A DNA stretch of 64,000 nt. Source: Eledone cirrhosa. Taxonomy: Eukaryota. Position numbers and translations under genes: made by a program. Shown in pieces: positions 50,131 through 61,979 of this stretch (position 1 is its first letter; each line of letters opens with the position of its first letter). The stretch covers positions 18,786,001 through 18,850,000 of the forward strand of contig OZ024755.1 of assembly GCA_964016885.1 (NCBI GenBank), in the 5' to 3' direction. Below the pieces are notes generated by a model. That model saw nothing but the letters and a program-made list of their open reading frames with translations, was not told the origin of the DNA and did not search any database.

Positions 50131-50909
50131 AAGGGAGAAGTGAGAGAGACACAAAGATAAGACAGAGAGAAAGATATTCAGAGAGAGCAAACAAGCAAAC
50201 GACCGAAATGATTAAATTGTTGGATGCCAATTCTAGCAGAATAAGAGTGTAAAAAAAGAAAAAAAAGAGAAAAAAATTCTTTAGAGAAAATTTCAAAATT
50301 GAGAAGAAAGTTATTGGAATAGGGGTAATGGATGCTTGAGAAAATTGGTCTGTCGAAAGATGGAGTGATCAAAGAATATCTTATTAGATTTATTTTTTAA
50401 ATGATGTTTGTGAAGAAAACAACAAAGGAAATGATGATATATGTGAGAGCAATCTTTTAGAACCTTTAAAAGGAAGCCAGTTTGTGAAATGGTTTCTTTC
50501 ACTAGCATTAAATTCAATACTACACTGAACACTGGAAACAAATATCTTAGTAGAATAAAAAATATCTTATAAACTTTTCAAATCCAACAGTTTTTTTTTC
50601 TACTTTCTACTTTTATATTATTTTACGTTATTTTATGTTGTTATTTTTATTTTACAGTTTCTTTTTACATTATCCATTAGTTTAGTTTTATTCGGCAATA
50701 ATCCTCAATCTGTAATTTTATCAGCTAGAATAAAGGGACCAGTTAATAGGGTATAAAACTGATCTGAACATCATGGTACCACCTGTTACTGACTGAAATA
50801 AACTCACTTAGACAAAAACTATTTTGTTTAACCCTCTCACTACCATTACCATATATTTCAAGAAATACACAATATTTGAATTATTTAATGACAATAAAGG
50901 ACTAGTATA

Positions 50910-51070
50910 GGGGGTGAGTTGGCAGAGTGGTTAGAACATTGGATAGAATGCTTTATGGTATTCGTTCCAACTCTCTGCACTCTGAGTTCAAATCCTGCCG
51001 AGGTTAACTTTGCCTTTCATCCTTTCAAGGTCAATAAAAAAAGTACCAGTCTAGTATTGGGGTCGATTCT
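50910..51070 (+). mobile_element. SINE family A, diverged
   Basis: Head, B box and core are recognisable. Confidence 0.7.
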
Positions 51071-51438
51071 TCCTCTCTCTGGAAGAAATCTGCTGTACTC
51101 AGGCCTGGAGAAGGATGGGCTCCACCAGGTTTAAAATGCCCAAGAAATGCTGTATGTCAATACAGCACCCCTACGACTATAAAGAGTTACGGGGACCATA
51201 CCATATCATACCAAAGTAGTATAGTTAATACAAAGCATTGTGGGATATGTAATAAAAGACTGATAAGTTTCAAAAAGCCAGTACAATGACTTTCAGCACC
51301 AGTTTCTGGAACATAACAATGATTTTATATATGACAAGCATGTGAAAAGCCAAATCCAATGACTGGCTACACGATTTGCAGGAACATGATGGTGATTTTA
51401 TATATTACGAGCATTACAATTCATTTGAAAAGGCCAGT

Positions 51439-51635
51439 TTAACCCATTAACATTTAAACTGGTTGTATCCAGCCAGAATTCTCTCACCTCTTTCTGTTCA
51501 AACTGGCCATTCATATTGATGTTAAGGTATTGTTCTCAAAATTAATAGCATCAATTGAGATAATTATGTAAGATGAAGCCTTTACCATAAAAATACTATA
51601 GCAGATATAGAGTAGTGTAAATGCTAAAGGGTTAA
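51439..51635 (+). mobile_element. piggyBac-like MITE M1
   Basis: TTAACCC ... TAAATGCTAAAGGGTTAA. Confidence 0.8.
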
Positions 51636-52339
51636 TACAGAGTGGTAATGATTTATTAAGGTCACCTAGCATCTAGTGTCGGAACTTGTGTTTTTGACAA
51701 AAATTACCATAAAACATTTAACTTCACCCAAGTCATAAACAACTGTCTGATAATTATCATGTAATTTTTAGAGAAATTAGATCGAAAGAAAATCGATTTT
51801 TATTAATAGGAGAAGAAAGATATATCTATTATTTGTATATAATAATGATAAGGGCATGCGAAAAACTTCAAAGAAAATTTAAAATATTCTACTACAGGCA
51901 TGATAATTTCTTGGTTGAAATTAATTACTAAGTTCTGAAAATTAAATTGGAAAAATCTATTTTTAAAAGTTTATTCATTTAATTATTTTAATATAATAAT
52001 ACATCTTATTGAATAATTTGCAGAATATCTTATGTCATACAAGAAGAGTGAGATACACAACAGCAATAATAACAACAACAAATAGTAGCAATGTGTTTTG
52101 ACAAGGTAGTTGTATTGTTAAAAAACCTTTTCTTTTTTATTTTAATTAATTTTGAAACCAATTATTAAAAAAACAATTTTTTGTTAAGTTTAAATGTGAT
52201 TTAATTAGTGATGCTCAGACAACTTTTTTTTTACATTGGGAATAAAATCTAAAATAGTTTTACATTGAATTTGATTAGTAAGGAGGAACTGAAGTTTGAA
52301 CTTTTGCACTGAATGGTAGTCGTTAGATTGGGTGTTACA

Positions 52340-52740
52340 GGTAGATATAGGGTTAGTAAGGGCGGGGTGGGTGGTGAGGTATATAGGGTTAGTAGGGGTG
52401 GGGTTAGGGGCTATATGGTTAGTAGAGGTCAAGGTAGGGATTATAGAGTTAGTAGGGGTGAGGGTAGGGATTATAGAGTTATTAGGATGGGATATAGGGT
52501 TGTTAGGGTATAGAGTTAGTGTGGTAGGGGTAGAGAAGAAAAGGGAATATAGAGTTAGTTAGGGGTGAATATAGAGTTAGTAAGGGGGATATGTAATATA
52601 GAGTTAGTTAGGGGTGAATATAGAGTTAGTTAGGGGTGAATATAGAGTTAGTGTTGTGGAAGTTAGGAATATAGAGTTGGCGGCGGTGAGAAGAGGGAAT
52701 ATAGAGTTGGTGGGGGGGGGGAATATAGAGTTGGTGGGAG
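52340..52740. repeat. Degenerate G-rich minisatellite (ATATAGAGTTAG.AGGGGTG)
   Basis: Recurrent motif visible directly. Confidence 0.7.
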
Positions 52741-53042
52741 GAAGAGGGTATGGAATAAGAAGAGGATGAAGGAAGAAGAAAAAATGGGAAAGAAGACAAA
52801 GAAGAAAAGCTAATTTCAAATATAATTTACTCTCATTAGTGTCAATCTCTCTTTAATTTGCTAATTAGGAATATTTTGATATTCTTTATAAAATTCAGTT
52901 CCGACACCCTTAACAATATCTACAATAGAAGTGAAATACTTGTTGAAGATTTCAAATAGTTTCTTCTAAAAATACTGCCCCTGGCATTGTTTTTTGCTTT
53001 ACCCTACTTCATGTATTGCTGTTGTTGTTTAACCTCAAGGGG

Positions 53043-53256
53043 AACCCTTTAGCATTTGTATTACTCTATATTTACTATAGTATTTTCATGGTAAAGGCTT
53101 TACCTCACATAATATCTAATCTATGAAATTTTGATATTATTTATGTTGAGAACAATACCTTAAGATCAGTATGGACAGCCGGTTACAGCCGTTTTGAACA
53201 GAAATAGATGAGAGGATTCTGACCAGATACAGCCGGTTTAAATGTTAAAGGGTTAA
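53043..53256 (-). mobile_element. piggyBac-like MITE M1
   Basis: AACCCTTTAGCATTT ... TAAATGTTAAAGGGTTAA. Confidence 0.75.
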
Positions 53257-53461
53257 TGAATAGACCTCTATGATCAGAAGTATTACAACCATGGCCATTC
53301 GATCTTTACTTCAAACAGAATATCTAGAGCTATGGTGGGCAGAAACACATGGAACAGGACGCTAAGGAGCGCTGTCAAGCAAGACCCACCCTACTTAGGA
53401 TTGTGTCTGGCATAATAAAAGACTGGATGATGATGATGGCATCTAATTTATCCATCCTTTA

Positions 53462-54130
53462 TTTACCCTTTCATGACCATATTTCTAATGAAAGACACTG
53501 TTTATGACATAAACTCTTTCATTACCATATTTCTAATGAAAGACACTGCCTATGTCATTAACCCTTTCATTACCATATTTCTAATGAAAGACACTGCTTA
53601 TGTCATTAACCCTTTCATTACCATATTTCTAATGAAAGACACTGCCTATGTCATTAACCCTTTCATGACCATATTTCTAATGAAAGACACTGTTTATATC
53701 ATTAACCCTTTCATTACCATATTTCTAATGAAAAACACTGCCTATGTCATTAACCCTTTCATTACCATATTTCTAATGAAAAACACTGCCTATGTCATCA
53801 ACCCTTTCATGACCATATTTCTAATGAAAGACACTGCCTATGTCATCAACCCTTTCATTACCATATTTCTAATGAAAGACACTGCCTATGTCATCAACCC
53901 TTTCATTACCATATTTCTAATGAAAGACACTGTCTATGTCATTAACCCTTTCATTACCATATTTCTAATGAAAGACACTGTCTATGTCATCAACCCTTTC
54001 ATGACCATATTTCTAATGAAAGACACTGCTTATGTCATCAACCCTTTCATTACCATATTTCTAATGAAAGACACTACTTATGTCATTAACCCTTTCATTG
54101 CAATATTTCTAATGAAAGACACTACCTATG
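53462..54130. repeat. 48-bp minisatellite, about 14 copies, unit begins with TTAACCCTTT
   Basis: Unit TTAACCCTTTCATTACCATATTTCTAATGAAAGACACTGCCTATGTCA; accounts for the 16-aa periodic ORF. Confidence 0.92.
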
Positions 54131-54430
54131 ATTTTCAAATCATTTTGAAAATAATCAAGAATTTGGAGAGATTTAGTGATGCAACTACCATTTGGAGGAT
54201 TTTGAATGTAACTAATATTATGCTTGTGCTTGGAACATAACTTAACAAAGGTTCGTATATAAAATTATGATGTCATTTTTTTTTTATATATAAATATAAA
54301 GACTTTGAAATAAATAGTTTTACATCACAGAACCATGGGCAGTTTCAGGTTGTTTGACATCAAAAGTATTAAACCTCATCGATATGGAAGAGATCTATAT
54401 AGCCCATGGTGGTGTGAATATATATATATA

Positions 54431-54650
54431 TGGACATGCTCACTGACATCCAGAGTTGCCATTGCACTCAGTGCTCCTGTGGGAGCCCCTACATGGACAC
54501 ACTGGAAGAGGAAGACCAAGGTTAACGTATGTTGATGCCCTAAGGACGGACACTGGTCTGTTGGAGATGCAGGATATGGCAGCGATAATGATGAACAGAG
54601 ACCGCTGGAGAGAACTCATCCATGGATCTCGGGAATTTTACCCGCCCTAG
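54431..54650 (+). mobile_element. RTE-X-like LINE 3' end
   Basis: LLWEPLHGHTGRGRPRLTYVDALRTDTGL...YPP*, between (TA)n tracts. Confidence 0.8.
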
Positions 54651-54726
54651 AATATATATATATGTCCCAAGGCTCTGATACCATCAACACCATAAACACA
54701 GAGCTGGCATATCTAAGAACTGACTA

Positions 54727-54782
54727 ACTGCCTGACGAGGTCATAGCCATTCAATGGCTATCATCGAAATATATATCGCAGT
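54727..54782 (+). ncRNA. Type I hammerhead ribozyme motif with fully canonical core
   Basis: ACTGC-CTGACGA-GGT.ATAGCCAT/TCA/ATGGCTAT.ATC-GAAA-TATATA-TC-GCAGT, with G10.1-C11.1 pair, AUC triplet and palindromic stem III. Confidence 0.82.
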
Positions 54783-54984
54783 AAATAAAGGATTATGAGT
54801 TCATGCAACTGACTTATGTTTCGTCACTATATATATATATATATATGGGAGGAATCAACAGCTTTAAGCTCATCAACGTGGGAAGCATCTCAAAAGCTAT
54901 GAGCTTAAACTTTAATCTGTTATTTTATACATATTTATCCTTATCGAGCCCTCTTTCGATTTTAGTCTTCACATTTATTATTAT

Positions 54985-55053
<69 letters not shown>

Positions 55054-55179
55054 GGAAAGTAAGAAATCGGAGAATAGACCGTTAAAACATGTTTATTTAG
55101 AACAGCACCTACTTGGCAAATAACTATATGTATCACCTATCCTCCCCTTTTTTCTCTCTTTCGATACGTAAATACTGTA

Positions 55180-55242
<63 letters not shown>

Positions 55243-55247
55243 TATAT

Positions 55248-55421
55248 ACCATGATATTAAATAAATGGAAACTATATTTATAAAAGCATATTTATTTTAT
55301 CATATAGTTTCCATTTATTTAATATCATGGAATATTCATTCCAGTAACTTGTTGAGTGCTCTAAATCAGTTATAAAGATTTATATTTGTCGGAATTCCAA
55401 CAAATTAAATACAACTTCTAC
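55248..55421 (+). mobile_element. Fold-back remnant of the element at 47818-47950
   Basis: CCATGATATTAAATAAATGGAAACTATAT / ATATAGTTTCCATTTATTTAATATCATGG inverted arms. Confidence 0.5.
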
Positions 55422-55506
55422 ATATATATATATATGTAGAAGTTGTCGGAGCCATTTCTATATTAAATAAATATATATATATATATATTTATTTAATATA
55501 GAAATC

Positions 55507-55600
55507 GCTTCTACAGGACTAGAACTGTTTCATTCGGGAGAACTCACCAGGAAGCCCTGATGATTTCTCCTGAATGAAACAGTTCTAGTCCTGTAGAAGC
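55507..55600. ncRNA. Inverted pair of H1 hammerhead motifs (minus copy with mutated core CTGGTGA; plus copy lacking the 5' stem I strand)
   Basis: Minus 55507-55555: GCTTC-CTGGTGA-GTTC/TCCC/GAAT-GAAA-CAG..CTG-TA-GAAGC. Plus CTGATGA at 55557. Confidence 0.65.
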
Positions 55601-56059
55601 CATTTCTATATTAAACATAAATATCTATCTATCTAACTATAGATATATTTATTTATATACTAACCTTAGAATTCCAAGTGCTGTATCACCACACAATGAT
55701 ATAACCATTCTCTTCAGTAAACAACTAGGGAGAAGGCTGTTTAACCTCTTACCACCACCACTTCTCATCTAACATTAAAACTATCGCTTCCAAGTGATGT
55801 TGAATTATAACAAGAATAATTTCAATCTGTAATTCAATAAGTAAATTAGTTTTTTTTTTTTGTTTTTCTTCCTCATACAATAAGGCTCCCTCAAAAACAC
55901 ATCTGTCTCCTTTGGACAGAAAGTAAAAATAAGTCGTTGAAAACATGATGTCATAATGTCACTTGGATCACATGACATCATGATAAAGCGTACTTAATCA
56001 TCATCATCATCTATATATTTACGTTACTTCATTCATAATTATTTTTTCTTTTCTTTTTA

Positions 56060-56093
<34 letters not shown>

Positions 56094-56312
56094 TTATTGT
56101 GTACAGTGCTCAGGTGCACTACAACTCATCAAAGGTGCATGTATAGTACATAGAATAATGTACAAATGTCAGGAAAATAAACAGTGTATGAGTCATGATA
56201 TAATAACAATAACAATAATGAAATATTGTGCACAGTGCCCAGGTGCACCACAACCCATCAAAAAAGTGCATGTACAGTACATAGGGCAATGCACAAACAT
56301 CAGGGACAAACA
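56060..56312 (-). mobile_element. Two CR1-type LINE 3' tips in tandem
   Basis: (TAA)n-AAATTATTGTGTACAGTGCTCAGGTGCACTACAACTC, present twice. Confidence 0.75.
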
Positions 56313-56354
56313 TTTTGTTCCCTTTAATAGTGTGTTTTGTTTTTTGTATAACCC

Positions 56355-56567
56355 TCTTCTTCTCTTCTTCGCCCACTTCTTCCTGAGAGGTGTCTTGGGG
56401 ACAAAGTCCTCAAACACTCCTCCCAGTAGGTCCTGTCAGACACCACCGTCTCCAATTGATCAGAGACCAGGCAAGTTCATGGATGTTATCCAGCTATCTT
56501 GCACGGGGTTCTACTCTTGGGTCTCTTTGCTGGTTGGTTTTGCCCGTAAAATCTTTCCAGCTATTCT
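56355..56567 (-). mobile_element. Degraded RTE LINE 3' fragment (family of 5475-5783)
   Basis: Nucleotide similarity: CATGGATGTTATCCA.C.ATCTTGC..GGTTTTG.CCGTAAAATCTTTCCAGC. Confidence 0.65.
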
Positions 56568-56807
56568 TGTATATATATAAGCAGCTTTGTAAAATAAAGG
56601 GACAAGAAAGGACCCCCCCTGCCTCCCACCCATCCCCCCAAAAGAGAATGTCTTCTGTGTCCGCCCCCACCCCCAAGTTTTACTCAGAACGTTTTATTTT
56701 TTTGTAACTATCTTTCTCCATTCTGTAGAGAAAGAGAGGCCAAGAAAGAAGAGAGAGAAAGAGAGAGAGAATGGAAGAGAAAAAGAAAGAAAGGAACAGA
56801 TAAATAA

Positions 56808-56838
<31 letters not shown>

Positions 56839-57060
56839 AGGAAGATACAAAAGGGATATGAGGGAGAAAGAAGGAAGAGAAAGAGAGAGAAACAAAAGTT
56901 TACTGAAATTTAAAAAAAGAAAGGCTAACTTTTGTAGAGAGATAGGAAAGACAGCGTTCTTTGATCACAACGCTACATACGTAAGAATGTGTATGTATGT
57001 ATATTTGTATTGCTACACGCAACAGAGACTATACACATGTATATATATATATATATATAT

Positions 57061-57098
<38 letters not shown>

Positions 57099-57289
57099 GA
57101 AACGACATTTCATTTCTCACTCTTAGTACGGCAGTTACTTAAATGTAAGTATGTATGTATACGTACATACATATATGTATACAGACGTACAGTAGTATGT
57201 ATATATATATATATATACATACATGTACATGCATATATATATATGCACGTATCGGTTTACCGAACATCTATTATAATGCTCGGTTTGTT

Positions 57290-57662
57290 TGTTCAAATCC
57301 CGCCGAGGTTAACTTTGCCTTTCATCCTTACGGGGTCGATAAAATAAAGTACCAGTAATGTACTGGGTATTTGCTGGCCTTGTGCCTAAAGTAGAAACAA
57401 TTATTATTAAAATAAAGTACCAGTAATGCACTGGGTTATTTATGGCCTTGTGCCAAAAGTAGAAACAATTATTATTAAAATAAAGTACCAGTAATGCACT
57501 GGGTTATTTATGGCCTTGTGCCAAAAGTAGAAACAATTATTATTAAAATAAAGTACCAGTAATGCACTGGTTTATTTATGGCCTTGCGCCAAAAGTAGAA
57601 ACAATTATTATTAAAATAAAGTACCAGTAATACACTGGGTAATTGCTGGCCTTGTGCCTAAA
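57290..57662 (+). mobile_element. SINE family A with its 68-bp 3' tail repeated about 5 times
   Basis: AAAATAAAGTACCAG...GTAGAAACAATTATTATT units starting at 57341, 57409, 57477, 57545 and 57613. Confidence 0.85.
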
Positions 57663-57719
57663 TCTGAAGCCATTCTAATTATTCGTTAAGTTCAAAGGAA
57701 GAGGCTGCTGTACCAATGT

Positions 57720-58035
57720 CTTCTGTATATCATCTGAGATAGATTAGATTGGAGCTGTTGACGTTTAGTTTAAATTGTTGTATGTTGATTCCTGTATGAA
57801 AAACATGTAGAGAAGGACTTCCAGCAGGGTGACATTCTGGGAGGAAGGACTGTGCATAGTGGTTATTTCTGTGCCTGGGGAGTTGGACATAATGTGTGTG
57901 ATGAGATGAGAAGAGATAAGTGAGATCTGAGTGCCTGAGTGAAGATGGAATGGGGACAGCCAGCTTCGGAAAGTAGATGCCATTACAGTAGAGGTAGAAA
58001 TATGAGCCAGAGACTAGGGATGTACCTGTTAGTAA
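57720..58035 (-). mobile_element. Old CR1/L2/Jockey-group LINE C-terminal remnant
   Basis: Minus-strand HYVQLPRHRNNHYAQSFLP...HVF...NIQQFKLN resembles degenerate LINE ORF2 ends. Confidence 0.4.
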
Positions 58036-58040
58036 CTGTC

Positions 58041-58704
58041 AAGGGTTTCTAGTGTGCTGTTCATGTTTAACCCTTTAGCATTTAAACCGGCCATATCTGG
58101 CCAAAATTCTCTCACCTCTTTTTGTTCAAACTGGCCACTCTTACTGATGTTAAGGGATTGTTCTCAAAACAAATAATTGTTTCTACGTTAGGCACAAGGC
58201 CAGCAATTACCCAGTGTATTACTGGTACTTTATTTTATCGACCCCGTAAGGATGAAAGGGTTTCTAGTGTGCTGTTCATGTTTAACCCTTTAGCATTTAA
58301 ACCGGCCATATCTGGCCAAAATTCTCTCACCTCTTTTTGTTCAAACTGGCCACTCTTACTGATGTTAAGGGATTGTTCTCAAAACAAATAATTGTTTCTA
58401 CGTTAGGCACAAGGCCAGCAATTACCCAGTGTATTACTGGTACTTTATTTTATCGACCCCGTAAGGATGAAAGGCAAAGTTAACCTCGGCGGGATTTGAA
58501 CTCAGAATGGCAAGGGCCGTAACTCTATGCGTCAAAGCATGGCGTCCGACCCTCTACCAACACTGCCAATCTACCGCCATTCTCAAAATAAATAATATCA
58601 AGATCTCATAGATTCGATATTATGTGAGATAGTTATATAAGATAAAGCCTTTACTGTGAAAATACAATAGTAAATATAGAGTAATGTAAATGCTAAAGGG
58701 TTAA
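58041..58704 (+). mobile_element. MITE M1 containing an inserted SINE A (58390-58578, minus), with a 215-bp tandem duplication
   Basis: SINE TSD TTCTCAAAA(C/T)AAATAAT at 58376 and 58580; 58041-58255 repeated from 58256; right TIR ends GGGTTAA at 58704. Confidence 0.85.
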
Positions 58705-58992
58705 GGGTGAGGAAGTGCAGTGATATTTTAGTTCCACATACAATCAACAAAGCAAATGAACAATAACATTCCAATGTGTCTCCCTTACCATACCAAGGGG
58801 AAACGCCTTCTCTATTCTGTAGTGAAAGATGGAGCTAATGCCTACAGGAGTTGTTATCAATATTATTGCTACTCTAATTACACACCCGTACAACACCACG
58901 TTTTATATCAGAACTTTATGTTAAGATACTATCTTAATATTGAAATGGTTAATAACTTTAGTAAATCCCTCAAAAATTTTCACAAATTAATT

Positions 58993-59189
58993 GAAGTCCC
59001 AGTAGAAGGAAGACGCAGTAGAGGAGCACCACGAAAAACATGGGGAGAGGTGGTGAGAGCAGACCTCACATCGCTGAAGCTCACGGAGGAGATGACGAAG
59101 GTCCGTGACAAGTGGAGAGATGCTGTGCTGAATAGGACCCGTCTCACCCTTGCAAGCAGGGAAAAGCGGACGTATGATGATGATGATGA
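58993..59189 (+). mobile_element. RTE LINE 3' end
   Basis: [60 protein letters not shown] plus (GAT)n. Confidence 0.88.
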
Positions 59190-59761
59190 AATGCAGTATA
59201 TTTTATTAGAAATATAGTCCCAAAAGGGTTAATAGGTTATGTTAACGATACAATCCAATGCCAGTGTCAGAAACTGAAGAGATAATTTTAAAGTTAATAG
59301 TCTAACACCCTAATTACTGAGCTAAAAACATTATATGTGTGTGTGTCTATGTGACATAACAACATAAAGTAAACAGCTAACAGATGAAATTCAAGATATT
59401 TTAGTTGTAGAAAACATGACTTGCATTTCTGTGCTGATGTATTTAAATAGGCTTGTCTCTCTTAACAATTTGATAAAGGCACGTCCTTTTCCTCACCATT
59501 ACTCTATTCAGTTCAGCACTTCAACTCACAATCAGCAGTAAAGATGTAACAACAGCTCAGCTGATAGCAAAGTTTTTACATTATTAATTAGATACTTCCA
59601 ACATCCTGAAATACCAAATTTAAAAAAAAATGTTGCTAAAGAAGAAACTACCCTCATTAAGATTTTGCTACTTGGAAAGAATAAGAAGGGACCCGTAGCA
59701 TCTCTAGGCAGCAGACTTTTGGGTCCTTAATTTAAACATGCCAAAGGATCACACTCACACA

Positions 59762-59801
<40 letters not shown>

Positions 59802-60425
59802 TACACATACATATATATGAAATATGCTTTTCTAAATTTAGATGTGAATATTCTTTTCACAAAGTAAAAAAAACACACAAATGAATCCAAAGATATACAA
59901 AATATATATGAAAATAGAATAAAAAAAAAATTTAAATACATTTTTCTTAAACGAAATAAGCTAAAAATAGATTTAAAAAAAAACAAAACATTTCAGCTTA
60001 TTGTTTATTTTTTTACAAGAAAACCAAATTATCATGTTATTTCTAAATTTCAACTAGATTCTATTTCAACATCAATTACACCTTCTTAGACAAAAAGGCA
60101 TCACTTTGTTATTAGAGGAAGAGAATACACTCTGTGATGACTCAAGCCTTTTACAAATTTCTCTCTCCTCCCACTTTGATAAGAAATAATAGAAGTTCAA
60201 AGGCACCAGATTTCTGTAGTCAATTGTTCCTATCAATTGAATATCAGAGAAAAATCTATTGCCTGTCAGTATTTTCCATTGGGATAATTATTGAAACATC
60301 TTTAAAGATAGTATTTAAAACAAACAGTTCTTTAATTTCATTAGATTCTATGAATATATGACAGCGTAATATCAGCACTTGTACCAAGCTTTCATTTGGG
60401 GCTGGATTTTTTTTTTTATATCACC

Positions 60426-60650
60426 TTAACCCTTTAGCATTTAAACCAGCCATATCTGGCCAGAATTCTCTCACCTCTTTCTGTTCAAACCGGCTGTAAC
60501 CAGCTGCTCATACCAATTTTATGGTATTGTTCTCAAATCAAATAATATCAAAAGCTCGTAGATTCGATATTATGTGAGATAATTATAAGGTAAAGCCTTT
60601 ATCACAAAAATACAATAGTATATAGAGTAATGCAAATGCTAAAGGGTTAA
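60426..60650 (+). mobile_element. piggyBac-like MITE M1, complete
   Basis: TTAA-CCCTTTAGCATTT ... AAATGCTAAAGGG-TTAA. Confidence 0.85.
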
Positions 60651-60906
60651 TTGAGTCATCATCATCATTTAATGCCTGTTTGCACAGCTAGTAAGGGTTG
60701 GATGGGTCGTCACTTAATTAGTGCCTAATCAAAGCTACTGGTCTCTCAGATAGTTCAGGACCTCATCTTGCTTACATATGCTCCCACACTCTATAGAGTG
60801 TGACATACATTTTATCATGACACCACTCGTTAAAACTGCAGTCGGGACATAGAAGTAAAATTAGGTAACTTGCTATCTTATCTGTTCTTATCACATAATT
60901 ATACAT

Positions 60907-60957
<51 letters not shown>

Positions 60958-60963
<6 letters not shown>

Positions 60964-61148
60964 AGAAAGTAAGACCCCGACGGCAGAGCTCAAGCCATTT
61001 CGACGGCTATTTCTGGACTAAATAGCTGTCGAAACGACTTGAGCTCTGCCGTCGGGGTCTTACTTTCTCCTATTACCCACTCTACTACCCTAAGTATTGA
61101 GTACTCTGGTGCGTTATGGTCCATCTGGTTCCTTACCACAACTCCTTC

Positions 61149-61152
<4 letters not shown>
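60958..61152 (+). mobile_element. Fold-back Penelope-like remnant (family H2)
   Basis: Palindrome at 60958-61073 with GAAA-CG(A)C/TTGAGCTCT/GCCG-TC-GGGGTC; tail nearly identical to 30363-30444; (TA)n on both sides. Confidence 0.65.
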
Positions 61153-61207
<55 letters not shown>

Positions 61208-61438
61208 ACAGAAGGGAAACCTTCCAGAAGCTTTTAATTATAATCTTAGACTATCATAAATCTATAGATATCTCAGACAATAGACAAGAAATACAATACA
61301 ATTCGGATCTCGTTAGTATGACTATCTGGAGAAGTAATGACATTTGCATATAGAAAAGCTGAATAAATTCTGTGGTTATATAAAATTAGCTATTCAATAT
61401 ATATATATACACACACACACACACATACATACATACAT

Positions 61439-61615
61439 GGATTTGCGGACAAAGAGCATAGCTCCCTAATTCATAGTCTACAAATGGCTGCGATAGCTGG
61501 CACCTTCAAAATTTGCAAAACAAAAATGGGATGACAATTTATTTTCTTTTACAACCTTGCCACCAGGAAGGTGGCCGGTCAAAAATATATTCGAAATTAA
61601 GAGAAAGAGAGAAAA
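61439..61615 (+). mobile_element. Possible R4/Dong-like (RLE-type) retrotransposon 3' end
   Basis: GFADKEHSSLIHSLQMAAIAGTFKICKTKMG* resembles the LQxxxxxGTxxI terminal helix; a short UTR and (TA)n follow. Confidence 0.4.
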
Positions 61616-61629
61616 TATATATATATATA

Positions 61630-61916
61630 ACTCAGAGCTGTATGGGAGCATCCCAAAAGTCAGCTCAAAAGTGACACAGAGGAGACTGAGGTTAGCTGGA
61701 CATGCTCACTGACATCCAGAGTTGACATTGCACTCAGTGCTCCTTTGGCAGCCCCTACATGGACACACTAGAAGAGGAAGACCAAGGTTAACATATGTTG
61801 ATGCCCTAAGGACAGACACTGGTCTGTTGGAGACGCAGGACATGGCAGCTATAATGAGGGACAGAGACCACTGGAGAGAACTCGTCCATGGATCTCGAGA
61901 ATTTTACCCGCCTTAG
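61630..61916 (+). mobile_element. RTE-X-like LINE 3' end
   Basis: ...RRLRLAGHAH*HPELTLHSVLLWQPLHGHTRRGRPRLTYVDALRTDTGL...YPP*, then (TAGAA)n(TA)n. Confidence 0.82.
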
Positions 61917-61925
61917 AATAGAATA

Positions 61926-61979
<54 letters not shown>

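Noticed and set aside
52385-52410. Telomere-like GGGTTAG/TTAGGG motifs
   Set aside because: They are isolated units inside a degenerate minisatellite, not a tandem (TTAGGG)n array.
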